A stretch of DNA of 64,000 nucleotides from Phallusia mammillata (Eukaryota): assembly GCA_965637545.1 (NCBI GenBank), contig OZ281495.1:21080001-21144000 (forward strand), written 5' to 3'. Under the pieces are notes generated by a model. It was not told the origin of the DNA and ran no database searches. It was given only the letters and a program-made list of their open reading frames with translations. Positions 11,840-24,410 of the stretch are shown here, piece after piece. A program made the position numbers and the translations under genes. How positions within the stretch are numbered: position 1 is the stretch's first letter; each line of letters begins with the position of its first letter.

Positions 11840-14800
11840 ATGTTTCATCGGACACACGGTCCAAGAAAGGGCATGCTGAAACAAAGGCGACCGAGACGAA
11901 AGCCGACATCTCTGCATCATCCAGAATGGGATGTGAGTATGTTTTTTGTTTTTATGTAGTGCATCATAAACAGTTTAAAATTATATTCAATAAACCTGTA
12001 ATGAAAAGGAAATGTGGTTAAGCAAACAACTCAAACTGTGAATGATTATTTTCATGTGTTTCATTTTTTTGTGAAAGTTGTGGTTTTAATTTGAAAGTTG
12101 TTGTTAAAATATGTTAGTGTGAATTAAGTTCAAATTGACTGCCAAGAAGCACAATGCTATATACTTGACAAGTTTTTTTCACACTTTCACACCGCAACGA
12201 TAATAAATGCTTTTGATAATAAATGCATTTGAAAACATTGGCATTAAACCAGTCTGCAGAATGTGGCAGCTGCACGCGCGATTTTTTTTTGAAAAAAAAA
12301 ACTTTTGCCAGCCAATTTTTGGGGTTTACACATGGAAATTTTGCACCAAAGGCATTTAATTGGCCTGTCTCACACAGGAACTTACAGGCCATTCATGACA
12401 TGTTGGTCCCCTGGACATGGTGTTAATATTTCCATTTATATAAATTACCTATGATATTTTATCAGAACACAGTTCAAGATTTGACGGTCCATGCAGCTAC
12501 CCCTGAAGAAATTGTAAGTTAACAGGGAAAATTTATTTTTGTTAAATTGGACATTAAAATCATTGCTGTGTTGTAGCTCCAAAAGAAAGTGAGGCGAAAA
12601 TCTAAAAATGCTGATGCAGCAAAGAGAGAATTACAAGCAAAAAAGCAAGGAATCCCTGTTGATCTGATGTTAAGTCCAGGGCAAGTGGAACTTGAAATGA
12701 GAAAGTTAGCAGTTCTAAGAGAGGTTTGTTTACTTTTCCAAATATGTTACTTGCATGAGTCCTCTTTTAAAGTTTTGACTTAAAATTGGACCTAAAATGG
12801 TTTAGATGGAGTGCAAATAAAGGGGTAGTACCAAATACAAGATGTTACCACATGATACTGCATATTGTACTTACGGTACCGCATGATGTGTATAATTTTT
12901 CGCAAAAGAATAATCATGTCCAAAACTGCCTACTTTGTAATCACATACGGTATCCTGCACTAACATGCAGTATGTGGTGTCAATAAAGAACACATTGTTG
13001 AAATGTGTCAAAGGCATATACACTCTTGGTATGTTTATTGGTGGTAGAGAAAATACAGTGTATTCTAACAATGAGACTGCCATATTCAAATGGTATAAAC
13101 AAAAACACATAAAAGTCATAGAAAACCATAAAGGAAGAAGTTCTCTTAGCTTTGTTGTGTTTGATTTCTTTGATGATCAAGACCTTTTTAAATAACTTTT
13201 TTTTAATTAATGTTTAGGTTTTGTATGACCATAATGACCTCAATGAAGTGTTGAGAAGATCTGATAAAACAATGCAATCTGTGAAAGATATATTTCATGA
13301 TACCACCTCTCGTAAAACAGGTAATGATAGCTTGTTAATAATCAAAGGCATTTTTATTTTAAAATCTGTTATAATAGCAAAAAGAAGTTGTGTTTTGTTA
13401 TTGTTACTTTGTCACAGGTCATCCAAACATAACTCTGGCACCTGGAAGGAAATCTTCACCTCCAGTTCAACTTGATGTGGAACAACCTTCAAAACTTGAT
13501 GCTCTGTCTGACTCTGTAATGGACAGTCAGGCATTAAATGAGGAGGTGAGTATCTCTTGTTTCATCCACTTTTTACCAACTTGCATACTGACTTTTTGTG
13601 CTTGAAGGAGTTTTCTGAAGACAGTGAATATGAAGATGATGTTCAGTTTGAGTCAAAAATTGACTGTGACCGATTTTTAAGCCTTTTGAAAGATTCAATG
13701 AACAAGGTTCCCAGAAGACAACCAGAACAAGGACAGGGTAGGCTTTAAATTAGTTCTTATTGTTGTTCTGTTTAGTCTGTTTACTACTCAATACCAAGTA
13801 CTACTGTTTTTCATATTTGTTAGTGTGTGCAATGATTATAATATAAGTTTGACATATACTGTAGAAAAGACTCCAGAAAAATCTAAAGAAGCTCATGAGC
13901 AGTTGCGTTCTGCTTTAAATTGTACTGAGGAGGTGAAAAGAACCTTGTCTAGAATTTCATCAATTCACAATGATGAAACAGCAACCAGTGATGTAGCAAG
14001 TGATGGTTCACAAAAACAGCAAATTAGGTTACTAAGTTTTTCTAGCCTTTTTGTTTCTTATTTTAATATTTAAAAGTATTTAAAAATATACAAATATTTG
14101 AACAATTGTTTAACATTTTTTAGTTTTTGACTATTACCTGAAGCTTTCTGGTCCCTGAGTGAACCCTTTTGCTTACCTCTAGCTGCCACAGAGGCAAAAA
14201 CTTTTGCAGAAAATAATAATCTTTATGTAGGCAATTTTGATTCAGAGCCACAAGAGGTCAATTTTACAAAAAAGATGGAAGCCCACTACTTTAAACTGAA
14301 TAAACATGTATATATAAATTAGGTTAAAATTAGGTATTCCACGGAACATCTTTTTTTTGCATTGGAATTAATAATAATTTGTTTTTTTTTTAAACCTGTC
14401 AAATGATTTATCCGTCTAGATCCAGGTTTCAGTTCTTTTTGGTTTAAAGCCACATTGCACTTATAAAATAAGTTACTAGAAATGGTACAACAGCTAATTA
14501 AATCAGTCTCCAAAAAACTTACATATTCACAGAAAAATTGATAAGACTATCATTGGAATTGGAAAAGATGCTTCAAAACTTCAAAGAAAACTTAACAATT
14601 CAACTGCCTCTACAATAGTTGCTGGTCAACCCAGAGCAAATATTTCAGCCTGCAACATGACATATGATGACCTAAAAGGTAAGTCTTAAAACAAGTATTT
14701 AAGCAGCGGATATTGTCTATTCCTCATCATGATTAAATAAGACTTGTTTTACACTGTATTCTTTTGGTCAAAACATTTTACTCAAACACAGCTTTGGTAC

Positions 14801-17800
14801 AACTTAATGGATTTGCTGCTATATTTGTGTGTAAATAACTTTTCTTGTACAATCTGTACTTGCATGTTAGGTGCAATGGTAAAAGTACAGAAGGGCATAC
14901 AGGAATTGGATGTGAGAAAAGGAAAACCCACAATAAACCAGGCACCACCTAGTGATGGGTTGGCTGGATTTACCGCAACATTAATTGATGCTGTCACACG
15001 ACTGACTGGATACGTCAATGAGGTAGTTTTGACTTCTGCCGTTGCTCAGTAAAATGTGTAAACAATTAAATGCCTATAAGATTGTTGAAGGACAAATTTT
15101 TGACATACATGCTTTAGCAGCATTTTTTTAAACATTGTTCAGTGCAGCTAATTGTATTTGTTATAATCTTTGCAGTTGTTGCATGAATCTTCTAATGTAC
15201 TAAAAAGGTTTTTAAGACAAAAAAATTAACACTGTTCAGGGTGAAGTGAAACTGCAAGGATTCGAGAAGGATGTTGGTGAATTGCAACAGAAATTAGATC
15301 ATCAAATTGCATTAACTGATGCTTTAACATTGGAATTAATGAACTCACAAAACCAGGTAAACCAAGTGTCGGGTTATTTTTATAACAACTAAAAAACATT
15401 TGTAAAGTGAATCCATGTTTTTGATCTAAATAGATGAATTTTGTTGCCAAACAAACAGTGCTGCTACAACATAATAGTTGTGTTGTTTATATCTTGATTC
15501 TGTGGGTTTAAAGCAGTGGTTCTCAAACTTTTTTATTGTCGGGGCCAAATGGTATTTTTGTAAGTGTGTAGGGAGCCGCAAAAAAAACGAAACCGTGAGA
15601 AAATCAATAAAGATTATTACTTTGAAAGCTAAAATAGCAATGTTTGGTGGTTTTCTGAGGTCTGGTGCGAGCCACAATATAAGTAGTTGGGAGCTGCATG
15701 CGGCCCGAAATCCCGAGTTTGAGAACCACTGGTTTAAAGGTTGCCTCGGCTCACATGTTAAGTTTAATTGTGGTATGGTAATGCTAGGCATCAGTTTTGC
15801 TGTAGTTTGAACGGTTGTTTGGTACAGAATTATATGGAAAAGATGTTTTGCACTTTACATGTGAACAACATTTGGCGTAAAGGTATTTTTAAAAAAATTC
15901 CTGGGCAATATTGGTTATGTTTTAGAGAAATAATTTTGTGTGCACCAAATGTTATGTTTTCTGAATTGTAATATACGATTCTACTCATCCCAAATCTCTA
16001 TTGAAATTGCTAGTCCGGCAGAAGAAATATGGCAAACTGAAGCTAGCTTATTCATTCTCCTAAAAACCATACACTATCTTTAGATCAAACTAAACAAACA
16101 AGAAAATGAAAACCTCAGACAAGAGCTTGTTCAGAACAAAGCAGAATCCAAGAAACATTTAGAAGGACATAGTTCACAACTGAATGAAAAAGTTAATGCG
16201 GCAATGGAAAGTGTAAAAGCAATGGAAAGCAAAATTGGTATAATATGTCTGTAAAATTTTATACCTTAGTTTTAATATTATTTTATTGCGTTTAGCTCAA
16301 TTAAACTCTGGAACTGACAAGCAGAGTGGACATGGTGAAGATCAAGAACTAGAGATTATGGAAGGATCTGTATGTTTGTAAAAACAACTGAAAAATCTGT
16401 AATATTAAAGCAGTATATTTTTTAGGCACAAACAAGCAAACAAGATGAAGAATCTGCACTAAAATCTGATATGCTTAAGTTGTTACATGCACTTAAGAGC
16501 AAGAATGACAAGGTTTGATTTATTGAGTGTTTACACAATTTAGACAAGACGAAGGTGGTCTGTGCAATCAATATCATGCGAATGTACAGTGCCTCTGGCT
16601 TCTCTGCTAACCCCAAATTAGAAAATCAATGTACTGTTTACATGCACCTTCAATGACATGTTTTTGTGCACCCAATGTGTCTCAAATGGGTCAGTTTAAT
16701 TATAACAATTGTGTCAAAAACCTTAGCTTAATTGTCTCAATGTTAAATACTTATATGTTGTAAGGTTGAAACAATGCCATTAGCTGCATTTAACACAATA
16801 AAGACACTTTATAATTTAAATGCAATTTACCTTTACGTAAAGGAAAACAGTTGTTGAACATACAGTTTTTTTAAATAGTAAACATCAAAATGACAAATGC
16901 TGACTTTTAAGTGATTTTTTATCGAAGTAGGTTCAATTATTTTCCACATCAAAGTACAGACAAAACTGGTTAATTGCATAAATGATTTGTAAAGTTGTTT
17001 TTTTTTCATTTGGCATGTTTCTGTTTAATTGTGATTTTATGTCATATTGTCCAATGTTTCACAGACACCAGATGTCACCAAGCAGTTACCTGCTGCAGTG
17101 AACCCAAAATCTCAGCCTTTGCCATCAGGCCTTCTCCCTGAGGAAACACAAGAGGCAGCAGAAACCATTGCTTCAGTGGAGAGTCATCTTCGCCATTTAA
17201 AACTTCAGCACTATGAAGCACAGCAGAGAATGAATGAACTGACTAAACAAGCACAAGTAAGAAACAAGCAGTACTTAGTAGAGCATGTAAAGTTTTGCCT
17301 TGAACATCTAACCTAAAAAATGGATTAGCTTTTAACAGTTGTAAGTGTGGGCAAGTTTCTGCTTTTTAGGCATTTTCCATGGAGGCAGCAAGTTCCTCCG
17401 AGCAGCCTTTACGAATGCCATCAGGAAACTATGCATCACCATCAGCTTCTGATTCAACCAGTTTAGCTTCACTTCCTATCAAACTTCCAGCCTCACGAGC
17501 AACTCGTCTTCAAACCAACCTGCCAGCATATGAGGTTCCTCAGCGTGACAGATCCAGGTCTCCAATATCAAATGGTTTTACTATCAAACAGACACATGTT
17601 GTGTCTCAGGATCAAGCCACTGAAAGTGATGAGACCGAAAGCTTTCATTTCCTTAATGCTTCAGACACTGCTAGTACATTGTCTGTGGATGAAAGTCTTT
17701 CGAGTTCACCTCATGTAGCTTTGCAACAGAAGGCTGTCATGGACAGGGTTCAAAAGACCCAGGTGGGTAATTTATTAGACAAAAGAGCTTTAAACACAAA

Positions 17801-18510
17801 ATCTTGCTTAAAATTGCATTACCTTCTGCAATGAAAATTTTTTGGTTTTTAAGTCCCACCAAATTTGTTTTAATCTTGTGCCAAGTGGTGTACCAACTAT
17901 TTTGATTTAAAATTAAGCTTGAACATTAAACATTGAAGTGCCGAGAAGATATTAGCACCATATACTTTCAATCAACTAAGCTTTTCTGGTTACAGGAAAT
18001 CTAATCTTTTTGTTTTAGGTCAGCCTCGAAGATAGAATATCAGAGCTTAATAAACAACACAGTGAAGCTCAGCAGAGACTACAGAATCTTGTGGCTCGCC
18101 GTCGCAATGGTAATGTATTAGTTAGAAGGTGTGCTTATTTTAAGTCCATACTTTGGTACTAAATATCTGGTTTTGTATGCTTGGATAAAGTGTTTCAAAA
18201 AATAGTGAAAACTTCAGTTAGATTTTTTTGTACTGCCGTAGCATGGAAGTTCAAACTCAATACTTTTGAGATTTATTACCAGCATATATTCATGTACTTT
18301 CCTTAGATTCCAGCAAGAAAGTGCAGATCAGTGTTCCAACTGCAGAGATGCTTCAGACTCCACAAATGTCAAAAGTGAGACCCAATGTTTCTCAGGTAAC
18401 AACAGAATATTTGATAACTTGAAGGTACAGTAAACTGAAAAATATTTATTTTACTGCAGATGCAAAATGGAGCAGCATGGTATTCCCTATCATCTCACAC
18501 AAGTACTTAG
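11840..18510 (+). CDS. SPICE1: Spindle and centriole-associated protein 1, multi-exon
   Basis: Exon 1 (11840-11932) plus exon 2 (12466-12513) give ...HPEWD|NTVQDLTVHAATPEEI, matching SPICE1 EWDNTVTDLTVHRATPEDL. Also GHPNITLAP...DSQALNE, GLAGFTATLIDAVTRLTGYVNE, SLEDRISELNKQHSEAQQRL, KKVQISVP, and last exon 18460-18510 MQNGAAWYSLSSHTST* (SPICE1 ends GWFALSTHVS). Not every internal exon boundary was checked. Confidence 0.9.
12992..13089 (-). pseudogene. Decayed copy of the KLHDC8 5' coding end inside a SPICE1 intron
   Basis: Aligns by eye to about 10997-11088 at roughly 75-80% identity with a 6-nt insertion. Translates MAVSLLEYTVFSLPPINIPRVYMPLTHFNNV versus MAVSEHTWSSLPPMEAPRVYMSLTCFNNV. Confidence 0.85.
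15514..15731. mobile_element. hAT (Buster/Charlie-type) MITE, 218 bp, in SPICE1 intron
   Basis: Perfect TIR CAGTGGTTCTCAAACT / AGTTTGAGAACCACTG; perfect TSD GTTTAAAG; same TIR as the 7050 element but a different interior. Confidence 0.92.
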
Positions 18511-18877
18511 TTTTAGAATTATTCCACTGTTATTGTTTTATGAATATTTTATCAGAATAAACTGTTTTTGCTGCTGTTGTCAAAATTGTTTGAAGCGTAT
18601 GGTCAAGTGATTACATATAGTTATTGTAAGCAGTCAGTACTTTTTATTGTAGTTTCTTAAATATTGGATGTTTTGCTAAAACTCTTAAAAACCAACAGGC
18701 AGATTACCTAAAATATGGGTTTACAGAGAACAAATTGCACATAAAGACATGTCAAGAATATTGAAAGATATGTTTAACATTTTAATCCAGACCATTTCCC
18801 AAACATTATTTGTTGTCTTTGTATTATCATTCAAGATATTTTTTATACATTTTTAAAACAAATAAAATTGGCTAAAC

Positions 18878-19366
18878 CAGTGGTTCCCAACCTTTTTTTG
18901 ATGCGACCCAAATACTTACCAAAATTTTGTTTAGTGGTTTCTCACGACCCATGGACATGCTACTTTGGTTGTATTTTTGTCTGTAAATTTGGAAAGCTTT
19001 TTAAAAATTACTACGCAAGTTTAGCAAATCAATAACCTTGTAACGAACAACCAGTGTTGTTTTTGTCGACCAAACATTTCCATTTAGCCAGGACTTGGAG
19101 CTGAATCGAAGAATTATTAGCCAGACAACGCTCAACTGTGAGCTAACACATCAGTTTATGACGTCACAAACAGTTTTAGGCATTATCACGACAAGTTGTG
19201 ATAAAATTATTGTTGGGCAACAATCTAAAGCCTTGGGATATATGTAAAAAAACGCTACAAGGCGAAATCAAAAAGTAGATGTTCTTATTGTCACTGAAAC
19301 AAGCGACCCAACAGAATGTTCAGGCGACCCAACTTTGGGTCGCGACCCATAGGTTGGGAAACACTG
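18878..19366. mobile_element. hAT (Buster/Charlie-type) MITE, 489 bp, between the SPICE1 and NOL12 3' ends
   Basis: TIR CAGTGGTTCCCAACCT / AGGTTGGGAAACACTG; perfect TSD GGCTAAAC; subterminal GCGACCC repeats. Confidence 0.92.
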
Positions 19367-20259
19367 GGCTAAACCACACATGTAAGGGCTTATAAATTAA
19401 ATGTTGTTTGGTTACATTTTTAGCTATAGAGAAAAAGTTCTGACAAGAAACATACAAGTCAGTATGTGTGAAATACATAATTTTTCGACCATCCTTTTGT
19501 CTTTTTCATATGAAGTGTAAAACCAAGTAACAAGCAAATCCAGTGAAGGTTTTCTGTGAAGCAGTTATATTGATTCAAATGTCAGGTAAAAAAAAACTGT
19601 TTCCAACTGCTAAATCACAGGACATGTTAATAAAAGTTAAGAACCATTATTAAGGGTTTTTTTCACATGATGAGTGTTAGGCAAAAATATGTTGGTCATA
19701 CTCCACCACAAAATAACTACTTTTATTACATGAAATATAAAATCTAGCTGATGGGAGCCCAGAGTATTATTCTGGCACCAGATAAATGCAACACATTTTT
19801 GGCAATTCTAAAAGCTATAAAACGGACCTGAAACATCCTTCTGGATTTACCACTGATTAAATACAAAACCACGAATGCCCCCTTTCCATTTTACTGCATT
19901 GCAAACAGGTTTAAATCAAAGTTGTACGCCAAGTTTATCATTCACCAAAAAAATGACTCCACAGTAAATTATTATGCAATTCATAACCACAATTGTGTAC
20001 ATAGCACAAACACTAAACAAACATTTTCAAAGATGTCTATCACATTGATGCACATACATGACCAGTTTATAAAAAAAACTCTTGTGTGACGCGTGGTATT
20101 TTAGTTATGTGATGACTTGGCCGTGAATTTAAATGATTCCACAAAATTGCAATATTTGCATGTCTTTCTTTGGGCAAATATATTTTGCTGTTTTGGGAAG
20201 TTACAAACATAAGTTTCACTTATTTTTGTTTGTTGATTGGAGAGTTGCCAACATAAGTT

Positions 20260-21669
20260 TCACTTATTTCTTCCTTTTTGACTTCGAGCTTTTCTCAGAA
20301 ACTTTTTCATCTTCTTGTTCGCCTTCTGCTGTGTTGATTTTTTATGCTTCTTTGAAGTTAACATTTGTTTCTTTTTTGCTAACTTTTCAACAGTTTTTGT
20401 TGTTTTTCTGCAAAACAAAAATACTGTACACAATCACTTAAAAATAAAAAGCAGGAAATATTTAACAGACAACTATTGCATCCTTTTTACTGACATGAAA
20501 ATACGAATCATGTCATATTGCATTAATGTGAGACACCAGTATCAGGTTTGACATATCTTAAAACAGGGAAAGTTTACTGGAACGATTGCCTCAATAGTCA
20601 TTGCTTTTTTATTTATAGATCAATTTTTTGAGGTACTGGTACAGTTAAAAATGAAACACTAATACTTGATCTAATTAGATTTACTTTATTTCCTCAGGAT
20701 TGGCTTCAGGTTTTTCTTCATCAGTTTCATTACTGCCAACAAATAAATTTTCAAGTGGATTAAACATACTAGTTTCCACAACTGTAACTTGATGGTTTGG
20801 TAGATCAATAACTGTTGGATCAACACACTCATTCTCAAGAAGAACTCCATCTGTGTTGCCATTTTCCTGAATTTGTGTACAAAATAAAAAAGTTTAGTTT
20901 TTTTCTAATTATGAAAATGACTTTGGACTAGCCTTTGTTCAACATATGTGTTGCTTTGTGCAAAAGTGACCCATTTATGTTGAAAATGTAGTCATAAATT
21001 ATGTTAATTTGTATTTTATCAAAAATTATTTGAATTTTAATTGAAAATCCATATTAGTCCCTAACTTTAGGCACTTTGTGCTGACAACTCTATAACACCT
21101 TACAAACTAAAAACCATCCATAAATTTATTGTGATTAAACAGTTATATAAAGCTAAAGGAAAAAGAAAAGTTTTCAAAAAACTAAAAAAATGTCACTCAA
21201 CTTGGGATCACACACTGTAGTAGATGACACATTATCTATAGATCCACCTGATCTAGCAGAATTTTAATTCTAAGCTTGTGAAATCAAATGCGTTGTGGTG
21301 ACATTTTTTGTGCGCATGATGTTACATGCACATTTGTTTGAATGAGTTATTGCCTTTAGGAAAGTATACCAAAAGGTAACAAATAAAACAGAGTGGGAAG
21401 TAATTTGTTACAAAATGTGGAAGTATGATGTCTTTAACAAACAAATTCGCCTGCCTTACCATTTTAATTTGATTAATTTCCTCTAGACGTTTTGATATTT
21501 CTTTCTGTTTTCCTTGTCGAATTGCACTGCGCTTTTCTCTTAGCTGTTTATCCATCTGTTGTCGAGCATGTTTTTTTCTTGCTTCTTTTCGCTTGTGAAA
21601 CCCTGTTAAAAAATCTTTCCGTTTTTCTTCATCAAACTTCAGACTAGTTTTTTGGTATGATTTTCCCAT
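20260..21669 (-). CDS. NOL12: Nucleolar protein 12 (Rrp17 family), 3 exons, 179 aa
   Basis: Exons 21460-21669, 20685-20866, 20260-20407 (540 nt). N-terminal motif LKFDEEKRKDFLTGFHKRKEARKK is the NOL12/Rrp17 signature; DLPNHQVTV and a basic C-terminus ...KARSQKGRNK*. Confidence 0.92.
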
Positions 21670-22659
21670 ATTTATGGTTCTTTTGAAAACACAAAACTAC
21701 AGTGCTGGCTTGCTTGTTCCAAAGTCTATATACTTTGGCTTGTTCGATTTCAAGTCATGCTAAGGTGTTTCCCCAAGATCATAACTATTTAAAATATCAT
21801 AGAGCACATATATAATTTGCCAGTGCTCTATGCCTCTGGTATAAAAAAAATGCTTACCGTAGTATAACTATAAAAAATAAGCTTTTAATATAAACCTGCT
21901 CAAGTTTTATGTGTCAATTCTAAAATGCATAGTTTTTGGCAACTAAACACGGTTTTAAGTTCTATAAAACGCATGTCGCACAGCAACTTGCACTTTTTGT
22001 ATGATAATGATAGTCAAAATTTTTCGTACATTAAAAAGGAGACACAGCTGATAAACAATAGACTGGCATCATGGATAGTTTGTGTCTGAATCATAGATAT
22101 ATTTACCGCGGGACGAAGTGACAGAGGCTACTATTGCGCCCTGTGTCGAAACGGTCAGAATAAACTCTATTTACGTAAACAAATCATTAATCTTACTCAG
22201 TAGTCAGTATTACTATCCATCTCGCGCAAAATGACACATTTTGTCAACGTCGTGTTTATGTGATATAACTGTCACTCAATTTATAACATCCGATAAAACA
22301 AATTAACATGTCAATTTATGTTGTTTGTGGTGTCAACAGTAACAGGGGTTTACGCAAATGAAGCCATCCAGGGGTCAAATAGTATCTAGCTAATAGTCAC
22401 AAGATCTTTGCGTTGTTTCTATTGCTTTTACACATGCTTCAGCATGATGTGACGATGGCGGACTGCAGCTTAATGATAAATAATGTCCACACAGAAAAGC
22501 CGTTAAACAGTAAAATTCGCCGCCTTCCGGAGCGCCCAAACGCACGTTGCAGCGCCTACTTCTCTTCTTTTCGTTTTGTTTAGTCGGTGGCGTTTTAAAA
22601 AACTCACAAGCATCCAAACGATTTTCGTACAATACAGAGAACACTTCGTAACCAAGTCT

Positions 22660-22985
22660 CGGCCATGCACGCACGCGCATTTGCGCACATGCACGCAACT
22701 CGCCAACTGAAGTGCGTTGCGCCATTGAAGAAACAGACCGAGAATAAAGAGCAAGATTGCGCCAGTGGAGGTCACGTGACTACGCCAGGCACGTATTCTC
22801 TGTCTGCGCGCTGGTCTCTGACGTCATGTCGGTCGTACCAATCACAAGCTTGGACTTCAGTCGTTTTGGTATGCAGCTGCGGATAGTTGTGTGATCGATT
22901 GCAACTTTGTCCTTGATGAAATCGACGCCTTTCTGCGGCAAAATCAAAAGTTTATCATACACATCGACTTCTTAACGAGGTATGT
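22660..22985. promoter_or_regulatory. Putative promoter and non-coding first exon of the ADAP-like gene (divergent from NOL12)
   Basis: CpG-rich island with palindromic GTCACGTGAC (22771-22780), CRE TGACGTCA (22819-22826), GCGCA-rich NRF1-like motifs (about 22665-22695), and a donor GAG|GTATGT near 22979. Confidence 0.55.
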
Positions 22986-24410
22986 GATCATTTGAGTTTA
23001 TTTTAAGTTTTTCAAATAGTTCCGCTTTTTGAATTTTGCCCTGTCATTTCAATCGCATAACTTTGCGCACTCAGCTCATCCGTTGGTCGCTTAAAATGGC
23101 GTCACGCCACATAGGTAGTTACACTGTTGCAGGGCAGGCTATGCAGCTTAGTTAGTTATCAGTTTAGGCCTACGAAACGATAGGAAGTGTATGTTTATAG
23201 TTGACACCTGTTAATGCCTGAAAAATATTATGAGGGAAATGTTGTTTTACTATTACGTAAATACAATGTTAATGTGAAGATATTTAGATGTGTAGTACAC
23301 ATTTTTTGTTTATAGGATTACGAAGAAATTTTGTTTAAAAAAAGAATTGTTAGTTTAAACAAATTTTTTTTATTTGTAATGCATAAAGATAGTTTACAAT
23401 TCAGAGAACTAATGACTAAAAATACATTGTATGTTTGTTTTAGCAAATTTGTGATTTGTTCACAAACTGTCTGTGCACTAAACCACTGGTGCAAGCAGTA
23501 GCGGTTGCTTTGAAAAGAAGCACATTTTGGTCTTCTGTCCGATTTCCAAAAGGTTCCATTTTTGAATGCTCATTGTGGTATTCAGCCAATCAGTTTCTTC
23601 ACCATCTTGAAAAATATCAGCCAAGGATTTCCATTTCAGGAATCCTTACGGACTGTGACAAACACTTGCACTTTTTCTGTCCAAGTGCTCTATCAGGGTC
23701 TCTTGGCTTGTCTGCATCTTGTGGGCAAGTTTGAACATTTAAAGTGTGTTTTACTCTAACCAGTTTTCCTTGTTTCTGGTATGTTTGCTTTTCATATTTC
23801 TGTATTTTAAGCTACCCTCTTATCTCAAACACTGTGGTCTCCATTGCTGCCAAGTTGTCTATTTGCTCGCTTACTTTTTGCTTGTCTGGGAAGTGCAGTG
23901 TTTAATCTAGTTTCATCTTCCCCAGCATATGTCAGTTGGTTGTGTTTGTCTCATTTTATTTTTATCTTATCATGCTGTCATAACTTTTGTGTACACCTTG
24001 TGAAAAATCCATAAGTTGATCAGAAAATACTGTTCTCAGGGTATAATATACCATTGCTTTAGTGTAGGTACTAAGTCCCTTGGGCAAGTTTGTGAAAACA
24101 CTGTTGTTGTAAAAGTAGCACATGCATAATATCCACATTGTTATTTTTTGTACTATATCGCCTTATTCGTCTGAACATGCAATGATCGAACTGTGTTAAA
24201 AATTGTGAGTGCATTGACAATTGCTTATCCAGTAGCTAGCTACATTGTGCAGACTCTTCAAAAGAAGGTACAAGCGTGAACATTGATCAAAGACAATTTG
24301 TCACGTCAAACCACAAACTCTATTCATTTGCTGAAGCTTGCCACTCTTTGCACTGTGTTTGCTTTTGGTGCTTGATATCTCACTTCAGTTGAAGACATTA
24401 TAAAATCAAC

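Noticed and set aside
21798-21832. CATAGAGCAC...GTGCTCTATG 10-bp inverted repeat resembling a mini-hAT
   Set aside because: No flanking target-site duplication, so not supportable as an insertion.
23460-24000. Purine-rich minus-strand stretch with short protein-like frames in the ADAP-like 5' intron
   Set aside because: Multiple stops in all frames and no recognisable RT or transposase motif.
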